The notes beneath the pieces are model-generated. The model did not search any database. It had not been told where the DNA came from and saw only the letters and a program-made list of their open reading frames with translations. The position numbers were made by a program, and so were the translations under genes. Shown in pieces: positions 49,922-63,388 of a stretch of 64,000 nucleotides of DNA; the first letter of the stretch is position 1; every line of letters starts with the position of its first letter. The stretch is from Octopus sinensis. Taxonomy: Eukaryota. The stretch lies in the NCBI RefSeq assembly GCF_006345805.1, contig NC_043007.1, positions 21,948,001 through 22,012,000 on the forward strand, in the 5' to 3' direction.

Positions 49922-50960
49922 ACTTTAGCCCAATAACCCAACCTTGTCAGACACTGTGTCAGGCTGATTTTGTCCATGGATTACATTAAGGATACTCATG
50001 TCTATGGAATACTCAACCAGAAGTTCATTTGATGAAACAGATGAATAATTGCCTTTGAAGCTGACTGAGATTCATATACTGTCCCTTTTTTTATGTATGT
50101 ATATTTGTATTCTTTTATTCTTTTATTTGTTTCAGTCATTTGACTTTGGCCATGCTGGAGCACCGCCAGGGTGAAATAATGCATTCTTCCAGGAGTGAAT
50201 AAAAAATTCTCAAACTTGAGGGGACAAGCCTCTTAGATACTAACATGGGCCCCCAAATATGGATTCTAATGGTGCAGGGGCTCACTTGCCATCGGGCAAG
50301 CTGGCAACCTGACCAGTCCACCACTGCACATAGACATACAGAAGAACATATATCATATTATTATGGTCACCTACAAAAATCACCATATTTTAGGGAGAAA
50401 TCAAGTTTGTACAGCAAGAAACCTGTTCTGTTCTGGCTCCATCTTTCATATTTTAATTTCTCATCCCCTAGTGTAAACCCACCTTCATTTTTTTCTGTTG
50501 TCCCACTCAACTGAAGGGGGTCTTAGTCTTATGGGTATACAGTGACCCCACTAGTGCTGGTGCCATGAAAAATGCACCCAAGTAAACACTGTAAAGAGGT
50601 TGACATTAGGAAGAGCATCCAGGCCATAGAAGCCATCGCAAAGAAGACGTTGTAGCATGATGCAGTCTTTGGCCCCCATCAGATCCCATCACACTATCTA
50701 ACCTATACCAGCGTTAAAAGGCAATGCTGCTACTGCTACTGGTGCTACTGCTGTTGTTGTTGTTGTTAAGCAACAAGACGGGTAAGGGTGATTAGGTGAT
50801 GGTCTAGGGCTTAGGGGCAGGAGACCCCAGACCTTGGAAAAAAAAAAAATTTGGTCGTCTTGTTGTAGTCGAGGGCTCTTCGTTGACGCCCGACACCACT
50901 GGGAGGTGGCCCTCGAAGTCGCTGGAAATGGAGATCTCCAGGTCCAAATTCTTGGATGGC

Positions 50961-50991
<31 letters not shown>

Positions 50992-51484
50992 ATTACTTTT
51001 ACTGAGGAGCAAAATTACTTTGCTGTATTGCCACTCTAATGGGAATACAGCACAACAGGGTTAATAAAAGTGCAAATCTCTGCTGGATTCCTGGTAAAGC
51101 AGTAATAAAAAAAGAGTCAAGACTATTGAAAAGGTTGCAAGACGCAACGAAAATTTTAGGAAAATAAAAATAAGAAATAAGTGGAAATTTTACAGGTGAG
51201 TGCGTTACATTATAAGCCACAAAAAGAAAATGACTCTCCCCAGACACAACAGAATATGCTTCAATACACAAACTCACATAAAGAATCTTGCAAATCAAAT
51301 CCAAGAACGAATATTAATTAAAAATATGTATGTAGAAAAGGAAGATGCTGCTAATTCTGTCTGAAATTAGTTTGCCTGAAATTGTTGCACCTGAGCTTCC
51401 TATGGTGTTTATATATTGTTTCCTCAGTAGCCCAGGTGTGGGGGTAAAGTTAGACATAGGGGCCCAGGTCCAAGAGGGTTAAGT

Positions 51485-52075
51485 TACTCTTTTACCCTTT
51501 TACTGGTTTCAGTCATTTGACTGTGGCCATGCTGGAGCACCGCCTTTAGTCGAGCAAATCGACCCCTAGTACTTATTCTTTGTAAGCCTAGTACTTATTC
51601 CATCAGTCTCTTTTGCCGAACCGCTAAGTTATAGGGATGTAAACACAGAATAAAGTACTAGGCTTACAAAGAATAAGTCCTGCGGTCGATTTGCTCGACT
51701 AAAGGTGGTGCTCCAGCATGGCCACAGTCAAATGACTGAAACAAGTAAAAGAGTAATTGTTTGTTTATGTCACCGTAACTTAGCGGTTCAGCAAAAGAGA
51801 CCGATAGAATAAGTACTGGGCTTTCAAAGAATAAGTCCTGCGGTCGATTTGCTCGACTAGGTGGTGCTCCAGCATGGCCACAGTCAAATGACTGAAACAA
51901 GTAAAAGAGTAATTGTTTGTTTACATCACCGTAACTTAGCAGTTCAGCAAAAGAGACCGATAGAATAAGTACTAGGCTTTCAAAGAATAAGTCCTGGGGT
52001 CGATTTGCTCGACTAAAGGTGGTGCTCCAGCATGGCCACAGTCAAATGACTGAAACAAGTAAAAGATTAAAAGAG
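51485..52075. mobile_element. one antisense plus three tandem sense family 2 SINE 3' ends
   Basis: ~155-bp period; each unit ends GACTGAAACAAGTAAAAGA. Confidence 0.85.
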
Positions 52076-53229
52076 TATGGACTGACCATAAAATGTCATG
52101 TTGACTGAAGGAATGCTTATTTTAGTCACAAAAATCTTATGAATTCACCACAGAATGACTATAAAAATGCATATGAATTAACTAATGAAATATCCATTAA
52201 AACGATTGTTGAGATTATTGTTTACTTGGGAATTATTTCGTTTTGATCTTTTGACTGAGAAATATCAAACACTAATGCAAAATATACAAACTGTTGACTT
52301 TACATGTGGATTTTTTTGAAACATATTTTGTTAAAGAGGTAAACACTTACAGACGTATTATTTCCAAAATGTTATTGTTTGTCTCTCTCCAAAACTTCCT
52401 GTAGAATGAATGTAAATAAACAAACGCACATGTAATTATATACAAAATATTTATAAAAATTCCTGGAGGTGAGTCAGAGGAAAACACGTGTGATAATTTG
52501 GTGATGATGTCACTATTGATAACACTGATTTAATGAGTGGAGTGTGGTGATTGTGGGGATGTGGAGGAGGGTGTAATAATTGAACTCCAAAATAATTTTT
52601 ATTTATCTAGTTTTTATTAATTATTTTGAAGACCTATCAATGGCAAATTGTAGCTGTGATACCAGTGCCGGTGGCACATAAGAGAACCATCCGAACGTGG
52701 CCGTTGCCAGCGCTGTCCCGACTGGCCTCCGTGCCGGTGGCACGTAAGCACCATCCAATTGTGGCCGTTGCCAGCCTCGTCTGGCACGTAAAAAGCACCC
52801 ACTACACTCATGGAGTGGTTGGCGTTAGGAAGGGCATCCAGCCGCAGAAACTCTACCAGGTCAGATTGGAGCCTGGTGCAGCCATCTGGCTCCCCAGACC
52901 CCAGTTGAACCGTCCAACTCATGCCAGCATGGAAAGCGGACGCTAAACGATGATGATGATGATGTTAAGGCAAGTGAAATCGAAATCAAATTCGATGACT
53001 GGCATCCGGGCTAGTGGAGTGCTAAGAGCACCATCCGGGGGCGTGATCGTTGCCAGAGCGGCTGTCTGGCTTCCATGCCGGTGGCACATCAAAAGCACCA
53101 TTCGAGTGTGATTATTACCAGCGTCGCCTCACTGGAACTTGTGCAAGTGGCACGTGAAAAACATTCGAGCAAAGTCGTTGCCAGTGCCGCTGGACTGGCT
53201 CCTGTGCAGGTGGGACTTAAAAAAAAAAC

Positions 53230-53296
<67 letters not shown>

Positions 53297-54544
53297 TTTG
53301 TGTGTGTCCTTGTGCCTATGTTTGTCCCCTCCCAACTTGTGTTGGTGTGTTTGTATTTCTATAACTTAGCAGTTCAGCAAAAGAAACCGATAGAATATAT
53401 ACCAGGCTTTAAAAAAATATATGCACCAGGATTGATTTGTTCTGCTAAGCCCTTCAAGGTGATGCCCAGCTGGATATATTTAAAAATTCATCATAGCATC
53501 CTCTTCTCAAGTGTGTGCACAGGGCCCTCTCTTGGCAAGGGGCCCAATTTGAACAAATCTGTCTGACTGGTTTAAAATTAGCCCTGCCTGTTGGTATAGT
53601 TTTCACATCCACCACTAAAAGTATTTGATTCTTGCACATTAAAGAATTATTTAATGAAATATATGAAAAATTTAAGAAAGTTTGAGAAGTTCTTATTTGC
53701 TAAAAGTGTCCCTGGTTGGGATGAGTTGCATTTGACAGCATTAGAGATGTTTTTGTCAAAGCAGTGGGGTAAAATCATTTTCTGCAATTAACCCTTTAGC
53801 ATTCATATTAATTTGTCAAAAGTAATCCTTATTTATTCACATTTAAAAAAAATTATCTGATATTATTTTGTAGCTTCCAGATAGGAAAGATGTAATTGCT
53901 TATTTTAAGAATGACATTGCAGGGTAGGTGTGAGATGCTGGTTCTGGCCAGTTTGAGCATAAAATGTATAGAATATTTGGGCCAGACACAGCTGGTTTAA
54001 ACACTAAAGGGTGAATGGTAATAAAAATTTTGAGCCGATATATCCACTTACTGCATTCAAAGGATTAATAGCTCCAATGGGGCAAACAATTTGAACTCAC
54101 TATTGTTAACCTTTAGCATGCTGTAGACGCATAATGTCGCTGTATTAGTCTGTAGTGACGCTATTTTGGAAGTTTTCAGCACGCATGCGCAGAGTTGGAT
54201 TACTTCTGGTAGGCTGCCAGAAGTTCCCTCATGTGCAGAGAACTGCCAACAGAAAGTTTTCCCGCTAGATCTGTCTTTTCGAAGCTGCAGCCGAATCGAG
54301 TGGATACGACCCAACCTTCTCTCAAAGGAAACCCAACATGTAGAGAAGCCCCCTTCTATGCGGGAACGGAGACAGCATTTTGGCTCACACAAGTTAACTA
54401 TTGTGAATAGTTTCATGGCCTTGGCTACCGGTTCGCCCTGAAGAAAAATATATGTATATATATTTTTATTTGTGAATCCAGACCAAAATAAAATATTATT
54501 TATTGCTGTTGAAGATAGTTGAAGTTTTGGTTTTCCTTTCAATA

Positions 54545-54945
54545 ATAATAATAATAAAACATTGTGTACAGTGCTCAGGTGCACTACAACTCATCTAAAG
54601 TGTATGTATAGTACATAGGGTAATGTACAAGCGTCAGGAAAAGAACAGTGCATGAGTCATGACATACACATATGTGTATGAGTATGGAAGGGGGACAATC
54701 AGGTGTGGTTTCGGTGGATTTCGGAAAACATGAGGGCCTTAAAGCATGCAGTGTCATGGCAGTCAAGAACTGACGCAGGCAGTTTGTTCCATGCTTCAGC
54801 AACCCTGAGCGTGAAAAAATGTTTCCGAAAGTCATGGGAGCTGTGCTGTTTTCTGACTTTGTAGGCATGTCCACGTGTGTTGGACACATGGAGATCAAAA
54901 ATGTGTTCAGTGTTGTTAATTGAATGTAACAGGATAAGACCAACA
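54545..54945 (-). mobile_element. CR1-like LINE 3' end
   Basis: TRGHAYKVRK...RKHFFTLRVAEAWNKLP. Confidence 0.8.
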
Positions 54946-56084
54946 CCCCTCGAGTGTTCCAGAGACCTTCATCCTGTTACAAGTCTTCTCCCATCTCAAT
55001 GCAACACACCGTGCCTAGATCTACAAAGAAGAAAACTTGAATGGTGCCATGATGTGTGTAAGTGTTCTGAAGATTAAAGCAGTTTTAGCAGGGAGACCAA
55101 ACTGATAGTTTGATAACCCAGTAAAATAAGCATTAAAACTCAAAAGGAGAAAATAAACTGCTTTGTGAGTTTGACTCAGTGTTTATTGAACAAGAGAGGG
55201 GCAAAATTTAAGAAGTGACTTGTTAGAATATACTTGTCTGTGAGGAAACAATAAATATAACGTAAAGTATACTAGCCATCTTAATATGGCTAACCACTAA
55301 GAGTGGGTGTTACTGTAGCTTTTTAGCCCCAGGAGATCATCGTCTCCAGCTGGCTTTAGGCACACTTTCTGTGCCCTTATGGTATTTGCAAAGGGAGGTC
55401 ATCCCTCTCTCGTAACAATAAATAAGAATAGCTAAAATCTACTGTTCCAAAAGAACTGGTAATACATACACTACAAGTGTTCTATGAAGAGAACATGACA
55501 TTGTTGCATAATTCAACATGAATGTGAAATGACATTAAACATCGTATAAGGAAAATGAAGATTTTTGTGGGAACACTAAAAGTCATATTTACTTAGTGAG
55601 TTAACATGCAAAGATGAATTATAATGTTAGATTTAGTAAGAGTTAGATTCAGGTAAGAGCTAGTAACAGTGATATTGGTGATGATGAATTTCATTGTGTC
55701 GTAACATGGAGAAAGTGAGCAATAGCTTCCTGTGACATAAGCAAGCTAGAATCCCGAAGCAGAGAAAAACTGATCCATTTAAGGAAATTTCTAGGCTCCA
55801 CAGAGATGTGCAAGGTTTTTCTGACAAGAGAACACATGATCCATTTGAGCACATCTAATTGGTTGACCAGGTAATTTGGCATAATTGTTTAGGGGACAAA
55901 TTGTGCCTAAAAACTAACTAAACAGAGCAAATAGTTCAAACATGGTCTTTATAGCTAAGTGTTCACTGCTACGTCCAAACAACAACTGTGAATAAAAGGG
56001 AGAGAGAATAGTTTGTCATTTATGCTTTTGTCAAACCATTCTGCTACACTGTTATGAGTAAGTTATATGAGTTACAACCAGATA

Positions 56085-56595
56085 TGTTTCTTATTTCTTT
56101 ATTGCTCACAAAGGGCTAAACACAGAGGGGACAAACAAGGACAGACAAACAGATTAAGTCGATTATATCGACCCCCAGTGCGTAACTGGTACTTAATTTA
56201 TCGACCCCGCAAGGATGAAAGGCAAAGTTGACGTTGGCAGCATTTGAACTCAGAACGTAGCGGCAGACAAAATACCGCTAAGCATTTCACCTGGTGTGCT
56301 AACATTTCTTATTTCTTTATTGCCCACAAGGGGCTAAACATAGAGGGGACAAACAAGGATAGACAAAGGAATTAAGTCGATTACATCGACTCCAGGGGCT
56401 AAACATAGAGGGGACAAACAAGGATAGACAGAGGAATTAAGTCAATTACATCAACCCCGGTGCGTAACTGGTACTTATTTTATTGACCCCGAAAGGATGA
56501 AAGGCGAAGTTGACCTCGGCAGAATTTGAACTCAGAACGTAACGGCAGACGAAATACCGCTAAGCATTTCGCCCGGCATGCTAACTTTTCTGCCA
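56085..56595 (-). mobile_element. cluster of family 1 SINEs
   Basis: Repeated antisense bodies with an internal duplication. Confidence 0.8.
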
Positions 56596-57131
56596 GCTTG
56601 CCATCTTTGAAACCAAGCTGGCCAGATATGTTTCTTTACTTCTACATCTTTTATTCCTGTGTTCTTCCAAAAGATAAATGGAGCCAAGTAAAAGATCAGT
56701 CACTTATCTACAACAAAATGCAGTGGAATTAATAGCATATAAACTCCAAGAGTTTTGCTCTTAGACACTTTCTTGCTCCATATACACTTAACCATTGCAA
56801 CTCAAAGGGCCTGATATAAGCAGGCTTTGTATTCTTTAATGATAAGGTTGATAATTTAAAATAGCAAAGCTTTATCTCTTGTCACCGGTTACATAAAAAA
56901 ATGAAAAAAATGTGATTTTAATCAAATATTTTTGTCAGCATTGCTGTGATAATCCTCACTGATCTATAGTAAACATGAAGTATTTTTAAGCATTATTTTT
57001 GTTCTCAGACAAAATGCCATGTGAATAGAAAACCTTTGGTAATTCCTCAAACACAATATGAATAAATGAAAACATATGCAATAAATGTTGTTACTCGAAT
57101 TAATAATAAATTCTCTTGATTAAGTTAGATA

Positions 57132-57643
57132 CCGTAAATCCTTGAGTATAATCTGCACTTTTTTCCCAAAATTTAATGGTCAAAATCCCAAGTGCGTACT
57201 ATATACAAGGTTAAAAATGAAAAATATTTTCTAAGCAATGCCTGAGTCTCTATTTGCTGTCCAGCAATGTTTATTCAGGCGCATTTTGTGATGTTGGGCG
57301 TGAAAATACCTTAAGCTAAGCCTGAAAGCAATGAAGTCATAAAAGAATCATCCATAACTTGCAGTAAGCAACATTTATTAAACGTTATTACTGTTATTTC
57401 TTTATTTTCTACAAACAAAATGCACGAAAAAACTACATGTTTGCATTATGTTATATACACAATAATAATAAAGGATGTTACCATATACATTTTTACAAAC
57501 CCAGGATGTTATATAGACCTCCTTGACTCAAGTTAGAGAAGGAGTGCGTATTACACACAAGGTTTAGGTTTTACAGAGGTACAGCCCCCTAAAAATCCCC
57601 TGCGTATTATACTCAAGGGTGGACTACACTCGAGGATTTACGG
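57132..57643. mobile_element. pogo/Tigger-like MITE
   Basis: TA TSDs; TIR CCGTAAATCC(T/C)..GAGT; subterminal GCGTA(C/T)TA..CAAGG repeats. Confidence 0.8.
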
Positions 57644-57779
57644 TATTTATTTTTATGTAGTGTATGAATGTAAAACAGGATTCTTCAACAACAGAAAAGA
57701 AATTACCCCAGTTGTCAACATTTGTTGGAAACAGTCAATATTTTCAATCTTAAAATGAGAAATCCAAGATGGCGCAAGC

Positions 57780-58830
57780 CAGAAAGCAAGGAGAGACGCA
57801 GATTCTTTTGAATCAAGAACCTGTTGAAAACATCGTCAATTTTGCCTACAAAGGTAGCTTTATTGCTAGAGAGGGGGATACTGAGGCAGATGTCAGTTGC
57901 AAGGCATCGTGATGGCAGAACCGTTATCGTTCCGGGCGAAATGCTTAGCGATATTTTGTCTGCCGCAAGGTTCTGATTTCAAATTCCGCCGAGGTCGACT
58001 TTGCCCTTCATCCTTTCGGTGTCGATTAAATAAGTACCAGTTACGCACTGGGGTCGATATAATCGACTTAATCCGTGTGTCTGTCCTCTCTGTGTTTAGC
58101 CCCTTGTGGATAGAAAAGAAATAGGTATTTTGTCTGCCGCTACGTTCTGAGTTCAAATTCCGCCGAGGTCGACTTTGCCCTTCATCCTTTTGGGGTCGAT
58201 TAAATAAGTACCAGTTACGCATTGGGGTCGATATAATCGACTTAATCCGTGTGTCTGTCCTTGTTTGTCCTCTCTGTGTTTAGCCCCTTGTGGGTAGTAA
58301 AGAAATAGATGTCAATTGCAGAATTAGGAGTGCAGGAGCAGTGTTCAGAAGAATGAACCAGATCTGAGCCATCATTTTGATTAGTAACCAAATGAAGAAC
58401 CTGGCAGCATTGTCTTACCAACCATAGTTTTATGCAGGAGAAACTTGGGCAAATGACTACCAAGACCACACAGAGGTTGAATGTATTCCATTAATGGTGT
58501 CTATGCAGAATACAGAAGATCACCGACAGAGACAGAATCACAACCTCTGAACAGTTTGCAGAATCTGCACAGCCGGCAGGAGATTGTGGCTGAAATAAGA
58601 ATGAGATTCGCAGGTTATGTTTTCTAGCTGCCCATCTTTGCAAGACAGTTATACAATGGACAGCTGAAGATAGCTATGCAAAGGGTTACTAAGAAAAAGG
58701 CAAAGAAAAAGAGGGTGAACCTAGAAGTCATAGCATGCTGCCTTCAAAGATGATCTGAAGAAACTTAGTAACTATGCTAAAAATTGGAATGACTGGAGAC
58801 ATCTTGCTGCCTGAGGTACAAGACAACTGT
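57780..58830 (+). mobile_element. decayed RTE RT fragment interrupted by a SINE dimer (57902-58306)
   Basis: ILLNQEPVENIVNFAYKGSFI..DV|NCRI...YAGETW; TSD AGATGTCA(G/A)TTGCA. Confidence 0.75.
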
Positions 58831-60519
58831 AGAGGAGGAACTAAGACTCAGATGAAATCAGAAATAGATAATCTTTTCTACTCTAGGCACAAGGCCCGAA
58901 ATTTTGGGGGAGGGGCCAGTCGATTAGACTGGTACTTAATTTGTTGACCCCAACCGGTACTTAATTTACTTAATTTACTGGTATTTAATTTATTGACCCC
59001 AAAAGCATGAAAGGCAAAGTCGACCTTGGCAGAATTTGAACTCAAAATGTAAAGGCAGATGAAATACTACTAAGCATTTTTACCCAGCGTGCTAACGATT
59101 TTGCCAGCTCACCACCTTAATTAGAAATAGATAATAGGATGTAGATGCAATTATGATTATATTATAATTACATTATAATTAAAAGTAAAGAACACTGGGA
59201 AATATGGCTATTTGTTAAGCCATTGATTTCCCTTTTGTTTTTACAACTACAAGACATAGCCTAAGAATGCTTCAAAGAATTGATTTCAAATTTTTACATA
59301 AGACCAGTAATTTCAGGAGAGAGGGTAAGCTGATTACATTGACCCTGCTGCTCATCCTTATACTTATTTTACCTGCCCTGGAAGAAAGGCAAATTTGACT
59401 CTGGGAGCATTTGAACACAGAATGTAAAGACAGAAGAAATTCCATTGAGCACTTTCTGTGGTGCACTAATGATTCTACCTGCTTGCTATCTTTTTTTTTT
59501 TCATGTTCTCTTTTGATCAAAAGTCCCCCCCCCCATTTTTTTCCCTTCTTCCCAAAAAGAAAAGCTCTACTTTGTATTTTGTCCCTTCTGTGTTCAGCTC
59601 TGCATGGCCAATAAAGAAATCTATTTTAGAGTACTCTTCAGAATATTAGAATTTTCATTCAGATATTAATGAAGGTTATTTCATAAATATTAGAATGAAA
59701 ATTAGAATGAAAAACTTAACAACAATATTTCTTCTTTGTAGGTGTATGTCTGAGATTTCATTGCTTGCAGGTTCTTGAAACCAAAATTTCAAATTAAAAT
59801 TGCATTAATAACATATTAGAACCCTTGGAAGTTCAGTCCTGAGAAAAGGTAACATGACAACAAATTTCTTCTACTCCTACACTTATCATTCTCACCTGTA
59901 TGGCCTGTGAGATTGTAGAATACATATTCTTAAACATGTTGTAGAATACATATTCTTAAACATGTTGTGGAGGCACATGGCCTAGTGGTTATAGCAGTGG
60001 TTCCAGCAGAAGGTAATGGCGAACTTCTGCTGACTCTTTCGTCACAACTTTCTCTCAAAGGCGGCGAGCTGGCAGAAACGTTAGCACGCTGGATGAAATG
60101 CTTAGCGGTATTTCGTCTGTTTTTACATTCTGAGTTCAAATTCCGCCGAGGTCGACTTTGCCTTTCATCCTTTCAGGGTCGATAAATTAAGTACCAGTTG
60201 TGTATTGGGGTCGATATAATCGACTACCCTCTGCCCCCCAAATTTTGGGCCTTGTGCCTAGAGTAGAAAAGACCATATTCTTAAACATGTTAACACTGAC
60301 AACTCTAAAGATATACAAGATTTATTCACTTATACTCTGGAAAGAAAGTTTGAAATAATGCTACGAAATGCAGTATATTTAAGAGACCAAAAAAGTAAGA
60401 TGCAAAAGAGATATTTTCTTCAAACTTGGCATGAAGGAAGGAAAGACTATTTGGTTTCTCAAGAAGGTTATTTTTGCCTTAACTTCGTTTAACAAAACCA
60501 ACTCATGGACACAAGCAAT

Positions 60520-60865
60520 GATTTCTTTACCAAATTGTTACTGGCAATGAAAAATGGTGCCTGTACATCAATATGAAGCAGCGTAAGGAATGGCTCAGCC
60601 CCGGTAAACAAGGGACACCACATGTGAAACAAGATCTTCATCCATGTAAAACGATGTTGTGCATATGGTGGGACTGGGAAGGGATTATTTATTACAAATT
60701 GTTTGAACGGAACCAAATGGTCAACATGGAACTCTGTGTTCAACAGCTGGAACGACCAAGGAAGCCATTCAAATGCATGGCTGGGAAGTGCTGCCACACC
60801 CACCGTACTCTCCTGATTTGGCACCAATGGATTTCCACCTCTTTTGATCTCTTTCAAATGCTATG
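60520..60865 (+). mobile_element. mariner transposase relic
   Basis: IVTGNEKW, KTMLCIWWDWEGIIYY, PPYSPDLAP-like segments with an internal deletion. Confidence 0.85.
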
Positions 60866-61289
60866 TGCTGAGTTTCATTCAATACTGATGCAGAATTGAG
60901 AGCTTTGTAATTAAATTCTAATTAATTCTCATATATTCTCTGTGCATTTTTGACTTCATATCTTCCATTCCTCACTTGTTTTAATTAATAATAATTTATA
61001 TATATGTCATCATCATCATCGTTTAGCGTCCGTTTTCCATGCTAGCATGGGTTGGACGGTTCAACTGGGGTCTGGGAAGCCAGAAGGCTGCGCCAGGCCC
61101 AGTCTGATCTGGCAGTGTTTCTACAGGTAGATGCCCTTCCTAACGCCAACCACTCCATGAGTGTAGTGGGTGCTTTTTACATGCCACCTGCACAGGTGCC
61201 AGACGAGGCTGGCAAATGGCCACGATCGGATGGTGCTTTTTACCTGCCACCAGCATGGGGCCAGATGAGGCTGGCAATATGCAAATGAT

Positions 61290-62150
61290 ACGAAATTCTC
61301 GCAGAAAATAAAGAACTCCAGCAATGTTGAACACCTGCAGCAGGAGTAGGACCATTTACAGATGGGCCGAGGACAATAATATATTGTTTAATGCTGAAAA
61401 ATTCCAATCCCTGTGCTACCAGTATCCAAAACGGAATATAAAACTTACAGGGTACATTGGTCCACAGGGGATTACAATCCCAGAGCCTAAATCAGTGAGA
61501 GACCTGGGTATTGATATGAGTGGTGATACCTCTTTCCAAGTGCACATTACCAGGATGGCCACAAAGTGCAGATGGTTGGCTGGATGGATCCTGAGAACAT
61601 TCAGGACCAGAGAGAAGCAAACCATGATGGTCCTCTGGTGGACATTCATCCTCAGCCGTCTGGACTACTGTTCCCAGTTAAGGTCACCCTACAGTGTAAA
61701 ATTAACAGCGGACCTTGAAGCAATCCAGCGAAGCTTCACAAAGAAGATCGCCTCATTGCAACAGCTTAGTTACTGGGAAAGGCTGAAAGAGCTAAGACTC
61801 TACTCCCTGGAGTGAAGGTGGGAGAGTAATATACATCTGGAAGGTTCTGGAAGGAATTGTGACAAATTTTGGCACTAAAAGCTACACCAGTGCCAGAATG
61901 GGTCGACACTGCACAGTGCTAAAAATCCCAGCACTTCAGGATCGGTTACTGCAACAGCCTGGGTTTCAGGGGCCCACAGATTTTTAATATTCTCCCAAAG
62001 AACCTGAGAGACCTACACAAAGTAGATGTAGGTGATTTCAAATCGAGAGTCCCAGATGAAAATACTCCATGGCAAGAGGTGCGAATAAGGGTACCTTACT
62101 TGGATTTTACCACTTCTGAGGTTCCACTCGCTATAAAACATATGTAACCC
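61290..62150 (+). mobile_element. CR1/L2-like LINE RT C-terminal fragment
   Basis: WAEDN..LFNAEKFQ, VRDLGI, SRLDYC, LEAIQRSFTK, SYWERLKELRLYSLE. Confidence 0.85.
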
Positions 62151-62179
62151 AGGCTTTTCCTACTCCATTCCATAACTCT

Positions 62180-62209
<30 letters not shown>

Positions 62210-62212
<3 letters not shown>

Positions 62213-62417
62213 CCAGATCGCCATGTTGATTCGCTAGCTTCTGCACGCATTTTTTTTCTCCCCTTGTTTCTTTTCTGTGTATCTTTCTGTTGAAGAGCGT
62301 AGGCTCGAAACGTAAAAGACTTGTTTTATTTATATTCCTGAGCGCCATACTAATACAATTGTTTGTTTGTATTCCACCTGCCTTCCTCTTTTGTTTATTT
62401 TCATAAAGCTTCCCGTT
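62210..62417 (+). mobile_element. (TA)n-flanked putative PLE pLTR
   Basis: TA repeats on both sides; carries a hammerhead-like motif; tail shared with 29836-29908. Confidence 0.6.
62282..62319 (+). ncRNA. minimal type I hammerhead-like motif
   Basis: UCUUU-CUGUUGA-A-GAGC(GUAG)GCUC-GAAA-CG-UA-AAAGA; perfect stems I and II, ACGU palindrome, A6U core change. Confidence 0.6.
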
Positions 62418-62477
62418 ATATATATATATAAAAGTACAAAGTGAGATAGGGGTTATGAGTGTTCTCCATTTTCTTAT

Positions 62478-62518
<41 letters not shown>

Positions 62519-62841
62519 TTACATACAGACATGTATAAGATGGGCTTCTATTTTAAAAATATGTTAATACAAATAAGCAGTTTATAAATGCATTTTTCAT
62601 CATCGTTATTATTATTATTATTATTGCCCTAAAGATATTAGTAATTAATAATATTTATATTATTGTGATCAAACTGAACCGGACACGTTTCCAGATAAGA
62701 TTTGTATTGAGGTGATCGTAATAGTATTGGTAGTGGCGATGTCAGTGGTGGCAGCAGTGTTTGTAGTGGCAGTGGTGGTGATATTGAAGACCTGCCAGTG
62801 TTGACAAACTTAAGTGCCAGTAGAGCTGTGTGTGTATGTAT

Positions 62842-62891
<50 letters not shown>

Positions 62892-63388
62892 CTCTTTTAC
62901 TTGTTTCAGTCATTTGACTGCAGTCATGCTGGAGCACCGCCTTTAGTTGAGGAAATCGGCCCCCAGGACTTATTCTTTGTAAGCCTAGTACTTATTCTAT
63001 CAGTCTCTTTCGCCGAACCGCTAAGTTGTCAAGCGATGTTGGGGGGGACAAACACAGACACACAAACACACACACATACATATATATATATATACATATA
63101 TACGACGGGCTTCTTTCAGTTTCCATCTACCAAATCCACTCACAAGGCTTTGGTCAGCCCAAGGCTATAGTAGAAGACACTTGCCCAAAGTGCCATACAG
63201 TGGGACTGAACCCGGAACTATGTGGTTGGTAAGCAAGCTACTTACCACACAGCCACTCCTGTATGTCACCTACACTTTATATATATATGTATATATATAA
63301 AGTGTAGGTGGCATACGAGTGGGTATATATTTATAAAAAAGAAGTTTGAAAACGCCACTATATAAGATAAATTTTCATTTCCTGAGAG

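Noticed and set aside
51125-51165. Hammerhead-like TTGAAAAG-GTTGC..GCAAC-GAAA
   Set aside because: No stem I partner, and not conserved in the related copy at 16510
51650-52075. CRISPR-like array
   Set aside because: Eukaryotic SINE 3' ends in tandem with no unique spacers or cas genes
55660-55882. Two short minus-strand ORFs
   Set aside because: No motif, splice support or partner exons
56649-56742. Short ATG frame MEPSKRSVTYLQQNAVELIAYKL after an acceptor-like tract
   Set aside because: Only 28 codons before a stop; resemblance to a BC-box is too weak
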